64,000 bases of DNA from Candidatus Fermentibacteraceae bacterium (lineage in GTDB: Bacteria > Fermentibacterota > Fermentibacteria > Fermentibacterales > JCC-6). The notes under the pieces are model-generated. The model searched no databases and was not told where the DNA came from. It saw only the letters and a list, made by a program, of their open reading frames with translations. Positions 52,376 through 60,875 of this stretch are shown one piece after another (within the stretch, counting starts at the first letter, position 1; each line of letters starts with the position of its first letter). The translations under genes were made by a program, and so were the position numbers. Location: contig JBGSZS010000004.1 in the NCBI GenBank assembly GCA_041750285.1, forward strand, positions 192,001 through 256,000, given 5' to 3'.

Positions 52376-53272
52376 TCAGAACACGGCGGCCCGCGGCCCG
52401 GCCCTGATTATGAAGTTTTCGGGATCGATCTGCACGCCGTTCCTCAGGACCTCGTAATGAAGATGAGGCCCGACCGAACGGCCTGTGCTTCCCAGCCTGG
52501 CAATTATATCGCCCCTTTGAACGTGCTGCCCCACCGCCGCGTCCAGCCTTGAACAGTGGGCGTACCTCGTTGACAGCTCGTCGGTGTGCTTGATGACCAT
52601 GTTCAGCCCCCAGCCGCCGCTCCAGCCGCAGAAGGTAACGACGCCGTCTGCGGGAGCGTGAATGGGGGTTCCGGTGTCGGCGGAGATGTCGATGCCCTGA
52701 TGGTACCGGACAGCGCCGGTGAACGGGTCGATGCGTGCTCCGAAATCACTGACGAAAATGCCGTGAACCGGCCAGATCGAAGGCGTCTTTCTGAGAAGAT
52801 CCGCCTTCTCGACAAGAAGCACGGCAAGTGAATCGTAGGCCATCAGTTCAGCGTCGGCCAGCTTTTCGCAGAGAAGAAGCTTGAGCTCGAGATCTTCGAT
52901 GTACTGGAACATGTTCAGGGGCTCCCTGGAAGGCCCCCCCTCGCGAAGGGTCGAAAAATCGAGATTGAGGTCGGCGGCGGCCATGAAGACCCGCTCTTCC
53001 ATCTGGGACATGAGGTTGAGCTGTTCCTGAAGGTTCTGTACCCTTGCGCCAAGCTGAAGCAGCTCGCCCTGGAGGATGGCGTAATCCTGGCCGGGCCCTT
53101 CTCCCGAGAGAGCGCGCGCCCTTCGGCCCAGCGAGAAGGCACCGCCGAGAAGAAGGCTAAGAACGCCCGCAGCGAGAAAGACGAATATCCTTAACCGGTG
53201 GGCATTTATACGAAGGGGCCTGCGGCGGCCCGAAGGGTCTTCCGGTATCCAGTCGAGTGAGCCCCTGAGCAA
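52376..53272 (-). CDS. M23 family metallopeptidase
   Basis: TM helix and coiled coil, PSIWPV.G, HQGID, GPHLHYEV. Confidence 0.92.
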   Translation of the reverse strand: MLRGSLDWIPEDPSGRRRPLRINAHRLRIFVFLAAGVLSLLLGGAFSLGRRARALSGEGPGQDYAILQGELLQLGARVQNLQEQLNLMSQMEERVFMAAADLNLDFSTLREGGPSREPLNMFQYIEDLELKLLLCEKLADAELMAYDSLAVLLVEKADLLRKTPSIWPVHGIFVSDFGARIDPFTGAVRYHQGIDISADTGTPIHAPADGVVTFCGWSGGWGLNMVIKHTDELSTRYAHCSRLDAAVGQHVQRGDIIARLGSTGRSVGPHLHYEVLRNGVQIDPENFIIRAGPRAAVF

Positions 53273-53287
53273 GACCCGCCGCTTCCG

Positions 53288-54130
53288 TTACTTCAGAAAA
53301 TGAAGCAGCGAGCCGCTCTCGCCGCATTCGTGCAGTTTCACTATGGCCCTGTTCTTGAGCTGCCTCACGCGTTCACGGCTGATGCCCATGGTGCGGCCGA
53401 TCTCAGCGAGAGTGTGCCTTCTGTCGGTGTGTATGCCGAAGAAGAGCTGGATGATGGTGCGTTCGCGATGGTCGAGGATGTCGAGCATGTCGCCCACGCT
53501 GCGTTTCAGGGCCTCGTGGAGAACCGCCTCGTTGGGGGCCACGCCGTCGTCGGAGGCGATCATCTCCTGAAAGGTCTTGTCGCTGCCCTCGTAGACCGGG
53601 CTGTCGAGTGAGAGATGTGTGCTGTGGATCGACATCATGCCCTCGATCTCGTCGCGGCTGAGGTCGAGCTCCTTCGCGATCTCCTCGGTCGAGGGGTCGC
53701 GCCCCAGGGCATGGCCGAGCTCACGAGTCGCACGGCCCATCTTGTAGAGCTCGCCGACCCTGTTGAGGGGAAGCCTGACAATTCGGGACTGCTCGGCGAG
53801 GGCCTGGAGGATGGCCTGCCTGATCCACCAGACCGCGTAGGTGATGAAACGGCAGCCCTTGCCCTCGTCGAAACCCTTGGCCGCCCTGATGAGGCCCACG
53901 TTGCCCTCGTTGATGAGGTCTTCGAGCGCGACACCCTGGTTCGCGTACTGCTTGGCAATGCTGACCACGAACCTGAGGTTGGCCTCGGTAAGCTCGTTCA
54001 GGGCCTCCTGGTCGCCCTCGCGGATGCGCCTTGCGAGGGAGGCCTCCTCTTCCGAGGTGAGTGTGTCGCGGGTGCCGATCTCACGAAGGTAAAGCTCGAG
54101 TGACCGGCCCTCTGTTCTTCTGGTCGCCAT
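53288..54130 (-). CDS. Sigma70 RpoD/SigA-family sigma factor lacking region 1.1
   Basis: LELYLREIG, ANLRFVVSIAKQY, DLINEGNVGL, YAVWWIRQAI, SRERVRQ; only 280 aa. Confidence 0.93.
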   Translation of the reverse strand: MATRRTEGRSLELYLREIGTRDTLTSEEEASLARRIREGDQEALNELTEANLRFVVSIAKQYANQGVALEDLINEGNVGLIRAAKGFDEGKGCRFITYAVWWIRQAILQALAEQSRIVRLPLNRVGELYKMGRATRELGHALGRDPSTEEIAKELDLSRDEIEGMMSIHSTHLSLDSPVYEGSDKTFQEMIASDDGVAPNEAVLHEALKRSVGDMLDILDHRERTIIQLFFGIHTDRRHTLAEIGRTMGISRERVRQLKNRAIVKLHECGESGSLLHFLK

Positions 54131-54239
54131 TCCGCCGCCTTTCAGATACCGTATATTTGAAAAATGTATGGCTTGTTCCAGGGAAGAAAAGAATAGGTGG
54201 CAAAGATGTCAAGTCTTGACGGATTGTCAAGGGGTTGAC

Positions 54240-55181
54240 GTGGAGTGGTCGGCCCTTCCCCGTGAAAAGGCTGTCTGCGCCCTCTGCGGCAGCGATTCAC
54301 CAATCCTTCTCAAGCTATCCGCGGGCTGGCCCGTGTCGAAATGCCCGGTCTGCGGGCTTGTTTACCTCGCTGAACGGCCCACCGAAGCCTCGCTCGCATC
54401 GATGTATTCGAACGAGTACTACGACCGCGCCGAGGTCGGGTACGGCGGGTACGTCAAAAACTTCGGGAAGTACAGGGGCATTTTCGAGGGACTTTTCCGG
54501 GCAAGGATGAAAAGCCTCGAACGGTTCAGGGGCACCGGCCGCCTTCTCGAACTCGGCTGTGCCCACGGCTTCCTGCTCGACCATCTCCGCAGGCATGGCT
54601 ACAGCGTGTCCGGCGTCGAGGTGAGCCCCGTCGCCTCCGGTTACGCCAGGGACGTTCTCGAACTCGACGTTCACACGGGCTCGCTCGAATCGGCCGGTCT
54701 CCCCGGGGGGCGGCTCGACATCGTGTTGATGCTGGATGTACTTGAACACCTTCACAGGCCGGGTCAGGTGCTTCGGGAGATAGGACGGATACTGAAGCCC
54801 GGGGGAGTCCTGCTTGTTCAGTGCCCCTGGGAGCTGACGCATTGGGAAGAGGTGATGGAGACATTCCTGAGGGGCAGGAGGACCGGTCGGATGGATCCCG
54901 ACGCGGTTCCGGCGCACCTTTACTTCTTCAGCCCCAGAACGCTCGAAGCCATGCTCGCATCAGGCGGGTTCAGGGTGGTGCGCAGTGAGAGCGGCAACTA
55001 CGGGGCCATCCGGCGAAAGGTCACCCCTCCCGTCATCAGCACCGGCTCTCCCCTCGAAAGGCTCTTCCGTCTTCTGTACTTCAGGCTGGGAGTTCAGGGC
55101 ATGCTGTACGGCGCGGCCCGTCGCGTGGGATGGGGCAACGGCCTCATCCGCTACGCACGCTTCGAACCGGGGGGTGGGTGA
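54240..55181 (+). CDS. Class I SAM-dependent methyltransferase with N-terminal Cys4 zinc ribbon
   Basis: CALC..CPVCGLVY, LLELGCAHG, DVLEHL, LKPGG, HLYFFS; start uncertain (GTG 54240). Confidence 0.85.
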   Translation: MEWSALPREKAVCALCGSDSPILLKLSAGWPVSKCPVCGLVYLAERPTEASLASMYSNEYYDRAEVGYGGYVKNFGKYRGIFEGLFRARMKSLERFRGTGRLLELGCAHGFLLDHLRRHGYSVSGVEVSPVASGYARDVLELDVHTGSLESAGLPGGRLDIVLMLDVLEHLHRPGQVLREIGRILKPGGVLLVQCPWELTHWEEVMETFLRGRRTGRMDPDAVPAHLYFFSPRTLEAMLASGGFRVVRSESGNYGAIRRKVTPPVISTGSPLERLFRLLYFRLGVQGMLYGAARRVGWGNGLIRYARFEPGGG

Positions 55182-55939
55182 CGGATATCCGTTTCTTCCG
55201 ATTGCCCGGCCCCGGGCGTGAAGTGTGCGGTGTGCTTCCCGAGGACGACCTCTCGGCGCATCTCCGTGGCACGGATGACAGGGACGGGATCCTCGCGGTC
55301 AGGGCGGACCTGCTGACAAGGCAGCCGCTCGAACGGCTGCCCCGCGCCGGGGTTGACGGCGTGGCCGCACTCACCTGCACCGGCAGGCCGTGGAACTTCA
55401 CCTGCGTTTTCACCGACCCTTCGGGCATCGTGACCGCACTCGACGGAAACCCGGGCCCCGAGCATGCCCGCACCAACATATGCCTTGCCGGGGCGTGCTG
55501 GTTCTCAAAGCCCGTCCCGCTGAGGGCCACCCTGGAGGAAACTCTCGCCGCCGCCCTGGATGAGGGCGCCGTCATCGGAACCGAGCTTTTCACGCAAAAG
55601 GCTTTCATCGTATGTTCCGGGGAGGAGCAGCTCCGTGCATGCCACGCGGTTCTTTCCGGGCATTTCAGGCCGGGCCTTGCGGGCTGTTCTCCGGATGACG
55701 GGGTATTCACTCAGGGTTTCGTCGATCCGACATGTTCGGTCACGGGCACACTCTGGACCGCAGCCGGTTCATCTGTCGGCGAAGGGTGCCTTCTTGAGAA
55801 CTGCGTTGTGCTTGACAATGCCGTGGTGGGTCCCGGGTGCAGGCTGAGAAACACCCTCGTGGAAGCCGGAACACGGGTTCCCGCGGGCACCGTCATGGAA
55901 GACAAATACCCGAGCTTTCTGGGAGAATGCAATGCTTGA
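55178..55939 (+). CDS. Degenerate NDP-sugar pyrophosphorylase-like protein with C-terminal left-handed beta-helix
   Basis: Overlaps both neighbours; ILAVRADLL, TNICLAG, C-terminal VGEGCLLENCVVLDNAVVGPGCRLRNTLV; no N-terminal GxGxR motif. Confidence 0.55.
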   Translation: MTDIRFFRLPGPGREVCGVLPEDDLSAHLRGTDDRDGILAVRADLLTRQPLERLPRAGVDGVAALTCTGRPWNFTCVFTDPSGIVTALDGNPGPEHARTNICLAGACWFSKPVPLRATLEETLAAALDEGAVIGTELFTQKAFIVCSGEEQLRACHAVLSGHFRPGLAGCSPDDGVFTQGFVDPTCSVTGTLWTAAGSSVGEGCLLENCVVLDNAVVGPGCRLRNTLVEAGTRVPAGTVMEDKYPSFLGECNA

Positions 55940-56501
55940 GAACATCAGGACCTACCTCGACCAGGTGAGCAGCCTGGTCCTTCAGATCCCGCCGGACGGA
56001 ATCGAAAGGATCACCGGGATAATCCTTGGTGCCTACAGGTCGGGAAAGCGCGTTTTCATCTTCGGCAACGGCGGCGGAAGCGCCACCAGCGCGCACTTCG
56101 TCTGCGATCTTGCGAAAGGCACGGCCATGCCCGGAAAACCCAGGCTAAAGGCCATATCACTTGCCGAGAACATGCCGCTCATAACAGCGTGGGCCAACGA
56201 CACCGACTACACGAACACCTTCGGCGAGCAGCTGCGCAACCTCGTCGAACCCGGGGACGTCGTCATAGGCCTTTCGGGAAGCGGAATGAGCCCCAACGTG
56301 ATAAACGCCTTCAGGGTTGCAAATGAAGCGGGAGCAACTTCAGTGCTTCTGTCGGGCTACACCGGCGGCGAGGCGGTGAGGGTGGCTTCGGAGTCGCTGG
56401 TGGTCCCATCCGAGGACATGCAGCAGATCGAGGACGTTCACCTGATACTCGCGCACATCATCTTCAGGTGCGTGAAGCAGGAGATCTCGACAAAGGCTTA
56501 G
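55932..56501 (+). CDS. gmhA: Phosphoheptose isomerase (SIS domain)
   Basis: FGNGGGSA.SAH, TAWAND, GLSGSG.SPNV, MQQIEDVHL. Confidence 0.88.
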   Translation: MLENIRTYLDQVSSLVLQIPPDGIERITGIILGAYRSGKRVFIFGNGGGSATSAHFVCDLAKGTAMPGKPRLKAISLAENMPLITAWANDTDYTNTFGEQLRNLVEPGDVVIGLSGSGMSPNVINAFRVANEAGATSVLLSGYTGGEAVRVASESLVVPSEDMQQIEDVHLILAHIIFRCVKQEISTKA

Positions 56502-56935
56502 TCTTCGGGGATCCAGCCGTCGAAGTCCGGCCCTCCCGCGGCCAGTATCTTCCTGAGGGCGTCGCGGAAAGTCTCGATGCCGTCGCCCTGGGCGGCTTCG
56601 GGGAAACGCGATTTCCAAAGGTCCCACGACCTTTTCAGGTCGCCGGCCATGACCGCAGTCAGGTTGCCCTCCATCCTTGCCTTTTCGACCATGTCCTGGT
56701 TGTAGACCAGCATGTCGCTGGCCAGAACCCTGGCGAACCTCGCGGCGCGCTCGTCGGTCCGGCGGCCGGGATCGGGCGCTGGTTCGGGGGCGGGTTCGGG
56801 GGCTTTCCCGGGAGTTTCGGGCTGGACGATGAAAACCTCGGTACAGCTGCGGCACCGGATCCGTTTTGCCCTGCCCCCCAGCTTCTCGGCGGCAATCTGG
56901 TAACTCTTTCCGCAACTGGGACATGTAACGACCAT
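56498..56935 (-). CDS. MJ0042-type zinc-ribbon protein with a RomX-like C-terminal domain
   Basis: CPSC..Y.I..RCRSC zinc ribbon, Pro-rich linker, then RAARFARVLASDMLVYN helical domain. Confidence 0.75.
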   Translation of the reverse strand: MVVTCPSCGKSYQIAAEKLGGRAKRIRCRSCTEVFIVQPETPGKAPEPAPEPAPDPGRRTDERAARFARVLASDMLVYNQDMVEKARMEGNLTAVMAGDLKRSWDLWKSRFPEAAQGDGIETFRDALRKILAAGGPDFDGWIPED

Positions 56936-56936
56936 A

Positions 56937-58106
56937 TCACACCCTCCCGGAGATGAAATCGCGGAGGCGTTTCACACCCTTCTCAATATCGCTGTTCGAA
57001 GCGGCGAAGGAAAGCCTTACGCACCCCTCGGCCCCGAAGGCGCTTCCCGGGATAAGGGCAAGCCCCTCCTCCTCCAGTAGACTAATACAGAAGGCGGCGG
57101 TGTCAAGTTTTCCGCAGGCTTTGGAAAGGTCGACGAACACGTAGAAGGCCCCGAGCGGTTCGGGAAAGGACAGCCTTTCGTCCTGTGACAGCAGCGAGCA
57201 CATGAGGTCGCGGCGGGCATGGAAGGCTTTGAGCATTTCGAGCCTTTCCCTCTCCGCCCTGCCCTCGATCACGGCGAGGGAACCGTACTGGCACATGGTC
57301 GGTGCGTTCGAGGTGGTGTGCGACTGAATCCTGCCGGCCATTGCGATCCATTTCGGATCGGCAAGGGCGAAACCTATCCTCCAGCCCGTCATGCTCCAGG
57401 TCTTGGAAACACCCGTGACCACGGCAAGCCTGGGCGCCAGGTCGGGCCTTGCGTGCAGAAGGTGCGGAACGGGTTTGTCGCCGTAGTGAAGGAACTCGTA
57501 GATATCGTCGGAGATGACCCACATCCCCGATTCGGCTATGGCGTCGGCGATCGCTGATATCTCTTCTTCGCTGTGAACCCTTCCCGTCGGGTTGCTGGGA
57601 GAGTTGAAGATCAAACCCTTCGCCCCTTCGGCCGCAGCGCTTCTGACCTCGGAAGCCGTGAGGTGGTTGCTCCCGCCCGCCACCGGAACGCCGCCGAGGC
57701 GTTTGACCATCTCGGGATAACTAACCCACCAGGGCCGGGGAATGAGGACCCTGTCGCCCTCGCGGACGACCGCTTCCATGAGGTTGGCGATGCTGTGCTT
57801 GGCGCCGCAGGATACGAGCACGCATGCGGGATCGTTGAAGACCCCGTGAAGCGCTCCCCACTTGCGGGCAACGGCCTGTCTGAGCTCGGGCAGCCCGGCG
57901 TTGGCGGTGTAGCCGGTTTTGCCTTCCCGCATGGCCTTTTCCGCGGCCTCGATGGCGGCGGGAGGCGATGGAAAGTCGGGCTGACCCGCGGACAGTGAGA
58001 CGATGTCCCGGCCGGAAGCCCGCAACTCGGCGGCCCTGGCGGTTATCTGAAGGGTCGCGGAACCGAGAAGGGATTCCGCCCTTGGCGCAAACCTGATGTC
58101 AGCCAT
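56937..58106 (-). CDS. PLP-dependent class I aminotransferase (aspartate aminotransferase-like)
   Basis: AGQPDF, GAKH, NSPSNPTG, SDDIY, SKTWSMTGWRIG, RLSFA; ATG 58106 overlaps the end of coaD. Confidence 0.92.
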   Translation of the reverse strand: MADIRFAPRAESLLGSATLQITARAAELRASGRDIVSLSAGQPDFPSPPAAIEAAEKAMREGKTGYTANAGLPELRQAVARKWGALHGVFNDPACVLVSCGAKHSIANLMEAVVREGDRVLIPRPWWVSYPEMVKRLGGVPVAGGSNHLTASEVRSAAAEGAKGLIFNSPSNPTGRVHSEEEISAIADAIAESGMWVISDDIYEFLHYGDKPVPHLLHARPDLAPRLAVVTGVSKTWSMTGWRIGFALADPKWIAMAGRIQSHTTSNAPTMCQYGSLAVIEGRAERERLEMLKAFHARRDLMCSLLSQDERLSFPEPLGAFYVFVDLSKACGKLDTAAFCISLLEEEGLALIPGSAFGAEGCVRLSFAASNSDIEKGVKRLRDFISGRV

Positions 58107-58587
58107 TCTTCCCACGCTCCTCAAGTGCCCTGCGGACACAGGGCAGAACAAGGCTTGAAACGTCGCCGTCGTGCCTGGCGATCTCCTTCACCAGGGTGGA
58201 CGAGAGGTAAATATTGCTTTCGGAAGGCATCATGTAGATCCCGGTGATCCCGGGCGCCAGGCGCCTGTTCATGAGCTGAAGCTGGAACTCGTACTCGAAA
58301 TCGGACATGGCCCGAAGCCCCCTGATGAAGACCGAGGCGCCTATCCTCTGCATATGGTTCACGAGCAGGCCCTGGAAAGACTCGACGAAGATGTCGCCCG
58401 CAAGTTCGGCCTCGGTGATTGAACGCCTGACCAGCTCAACCCGTTCGGCGGTGCTGAACAGGGTCTGCTTGGGCGTTGCGTCGGCCACGGCGACGGTCAG
58501 GTTCCCGAAGATCGGCACGGCCCTTTTGATGATGTCGATGTGTCCCAGTGTGATGGGGTCGAAGGTGCCGGGGTAGACGACTCTCAT
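58099..58587 (-). CDS. coaD: Phosphopantetheine adenylyltransferase
   Basis: YPGTFDPITLGH, RGLRAMSDFEYE, LSSTLVKEIA. Confidence 0.97.
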   Translation of the reverse strand: MRVVYPGTFDPITLGHIDIIKRAVPIFGNLTVAVADATPKQTLFSTAERVELVRRSITEAELAGDIFVESFQGLLVNHMQRIGASVFIRGLRAMSDFEYEFQLQLMNRRLAPGITGIYMMPSESNIYLSSTLVKEIARHDGDVSSLVLPCVRRALEERGKNG

Positions 58588-58597
58588 CCCCGTTCCC

Positions 58598-59116
58598 TCA
58601 CAACCTTCTGATGAAGAGCCAGGAGCTTCCATACCTTCTCTTTTCCCAGTCCGGCAGGGCGCCGGGTCCGCCTGCTTCGGCCATGATCACGGCGCCGGGG
58701 GCGCACAGGTCTTCCCATGGCAGCGAACCGATCCACGAATATACTTCGGAAGCCCTGTACGGTGGGTCAAGGTACACTGCACCCGGCGGCCCGGCGAGGC
58801 CGGTCAGGTCACCCGGCAGCGTCCTGCGCAGTGTTTCCCCGAGCTGCCTGCCCTCGTGCCTTTCAAGGAACCGAATGATCGAGTTGAGGTTGGCCTGGTT
58901 CGAGTCGATGAAGACACTTTTCAGGGCGCCGCAGCTCAGGGCTTCAAGACCCATGGCGCCCGTCCCGCAGAACAGGTCCCAGAAGATCATCCCCCCGAGG
59001 TCACCCCCGAGGATGCTGAACACCGCCTCCCTCATCATTGATGAGGTGGGCCTCACACCGGAAACGCAGGGCCGGAGGACATGGCCCTTCCATGTCCCCC
59101 GGCCGATCCTTGTCAA
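58598..59116 (-). CDS. rsmD: 16S rRNA m2G966 methyltransferase
   Basis: RPT..MREAVFSIL, DLFCGTGAMGLEALS.GA, LDPPY, RYG; usual position upstream of coaD. Confidence 0.9.
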   Translation of the reverse strand: MTRIGRGTWKGHVLRPCVSGVRPTSSMMREAVFSILGGDLGGMIFWDLFCGTGAMGLEALSCGALKSVFIDSNQANLNSIIRFLERHEGRQLGETLRRTLPGDLTGLAGPPGAVYLDPPYRASEVYSWIGSLPWEDLCAPGAVIMAEAGGPGALPDWEKRRYGSSWLFIRRL

Positions 59117-59126
59117 TGTCTCCCGC

Positions 59127-60875
59127 CTAGTAGGGCCGGATGATGTGCGGGGTTACGAATATCACAAGCTCGGTGCTCTCCACGTTGTCGGACGAGTAGC
59201 TGAAGAGCAGGTCGCCCAGGAAGGGTATGTGGCCGAGAATGGGAACCCTTCTTCTCACCGTTGTGGTCTTGCTGCGCATGATGCCGCCGATGACTGCCGT
59301 GGCGCCATCGTCGATCATCAGTGTGGTGTTGGCCTCCTGTGTGAGGATTATGGGCTGGTCCGCCGAGGTGGACTCGCCGGAAAGGTCGCTCACCACGGGT
59401 CTGAGTTCGAGCGTGACATTGTTGTTGGCGTTGATGTGCGGCGTCACCTCGAGGCTCACTCCCACACTGTAGAGCTGGACGTAGGAGTTGCCCGACTCGT
59501 CCTGAAGGGTGAGGGGAACCTGCTTGCCGCTCATGACGAATCCCGTCATGTTGTCGCAGATCGCGATCCTCGGTTCGGAGAGGATGTGCGCCATGTTCTC
59601 GGATTCGAGGTAGCTGATCGTTGCGTCGAGGTCGAACATGTCGGTGATGGTTCCGAAGGCTATGCTCCCTACGGGGTCGCCAACCGAAAGGTCGGTGTTC
59701 ATGCCGGCCCTGGTGAGGTTGTCCGTACGGTTGAGGTTGCCTATGGACCAGTCGATCCCGAACTCGCGGCGGGCCGTTGCGTCGATCTCCACGAGCTTCG
59801 CCTCGATCATCACCTGGGCCGTGGGGCTGTCGAGGATGGGCAGCATGCGGCCGATCTCGTTCAGCTTCCTGGGAACGTCGGTGACGATCAGTGAGTTGGT
59901 GCGGGAATCGATGCTTATCTCACCCCTGTTCGAGAGAACGCCCTGGGTGGCTGCCTGGATGTCCTCGGCCTTCGCGTACCTTATGATGAAGACCTCGGTG
60001 TGAAGGTCCTGAAGGTTCTCCCTCTGGGCCTGGGTCGTTGCCATCTCGTTGACCTGGGAGTAGAAGTCGGTTCGTCTCGCAACCCTGAGAGTGTTGTGGC
60101 CGCTCTGCGTGGCCACCAGGTCCTGGCTGGCGAGAATGGCAGTGAGGGCGTCGCACCATCCTATGTTGCGAAGCCTCGCCGTCACGGTACCCTGATAGGT
60201 CTCGGGGATGATGATGTTCATCCCGCTCACGTCGCTGATCGAGCGCATCACGGTCCTGATGTCGGCCTCGACAACGTCAATGGTTATCCGGCGGCCGCCG
60301 GTGCCGCTCCAGGTCACCGGGAAGCCGTCCTCCACCTGTCTGCCGGATTCGGAGACCCTTACCCCGGAAACGGTGTCGCCTATCGTGGGAACGGGGGATC
60401 CACCAACAGGAGTGGAGAGCGGCGGAACGCTTCCGCCGACAACAACGGCCCCGGTTGACTGGGAAGTGGCTGACCATGAGGTGAAGGGGGTTCCCGAAGG
60501 ATCCGTAAAGAGGGTCAGCACGAGGCGGTTGTCTTCCTGAAGGCTGGTGCTGTAGTTGAGCAGTTCACCGTTCACGTCCACGATCACCCTGACGATCCCC
60601 TCGGGGGGAGCCTTGTATTGGCTCGTGCGGACTGCTCCAACACCGCCCCTGTCAACGGCGAAGTCGGTGGCCGGGAGGGCGTGGACCGCGTCCCCCAGGT
60701 CGATGACCACCCTCATCGGGTCGGTGAGGAGGAACTTCTCGTAGGTGATGGCGCCGTCGGTGACGATGGTCACCTGGGTTCTGTCACCGCTGGGAACAAC
60801 CGAGATGTCTGTCACCCTGTAGGCCATCAAAGGAACCCACAGGAGCAGAAGAAGCAAAGGGCTGATTCTTCGCAT
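59127..60875 (-). CDS. pilQ: Type IV pilus secretin with AMIN domain
   Basis: AMIN (PMRVVIDL, VRTSQY), N-domains (DIRTV, DSRTNSLIVTD), secretin core (QVMIEAKLVE, LEVTPHI, VPILGHIPFLGDLLF, ELVIFVTPHI). Confidence 0.93.
   Translation of the reverse strand: MRRISPLLLLLLWVPLMAYRVTDISVVPSGDRTQVTIVTDGAITYEKFLLTDPMRVVIDLGDAVHALPATDFAVDRGGVGAVRTSQYKAPPEGIVRVIVDVNGELLNYSTSLQEDNRLVLTLFTDPSGTPFTSWSATSQSTGAVVVGGSVPPLSTPVGGSPVPTIGDTVSGVRVSESGRQVEDGFPVTWSGTGGRRITIDVVEADIRTVMRSISDVSGMNIIIPETYQGTVTARLRNIGWCDALTAILASQDLVATQSGHNTLRVARRTDFYSQVNEMATTQAQRENLQDLHTEVFIIRYAKAEDIQAATQGVLSNRGEISIDSRTNSLIVTDVPRKLNEIGRMLPILDSPTAQVMIEAKLVEIDATARREFGIDWSIGNLNRTDNLTRAGMNTDLSVGDPVGSIAFGTITDMFDLDATISYLESENMAHILSEPRIAICDNMTGFVMSGKQVPLTLQDESGNSYVQLYSVGVSLEVTPHINANNNVTLELRPVVSDLSGESTSADQPIILTQEANTTLMIDDGATAVIGGIMRSKTTTVRRRVPILGHIPFLGDLLFSYSSDNVESTELVIFVTPHIIRPY

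Noticed and set aside
54152..54159. Bacteroidota-type -7 promoter element TATATTTG
   Set aside because: A single short match with no convincing upstream TTTG element; other promoters here fit -35/-10 geometry.
56770..56802. Short tandem repeat GGTTCGGGGGC-like
   Set aside because: Simply encodes the PEPAPEPAP linker of the zinc-ribbon protein.
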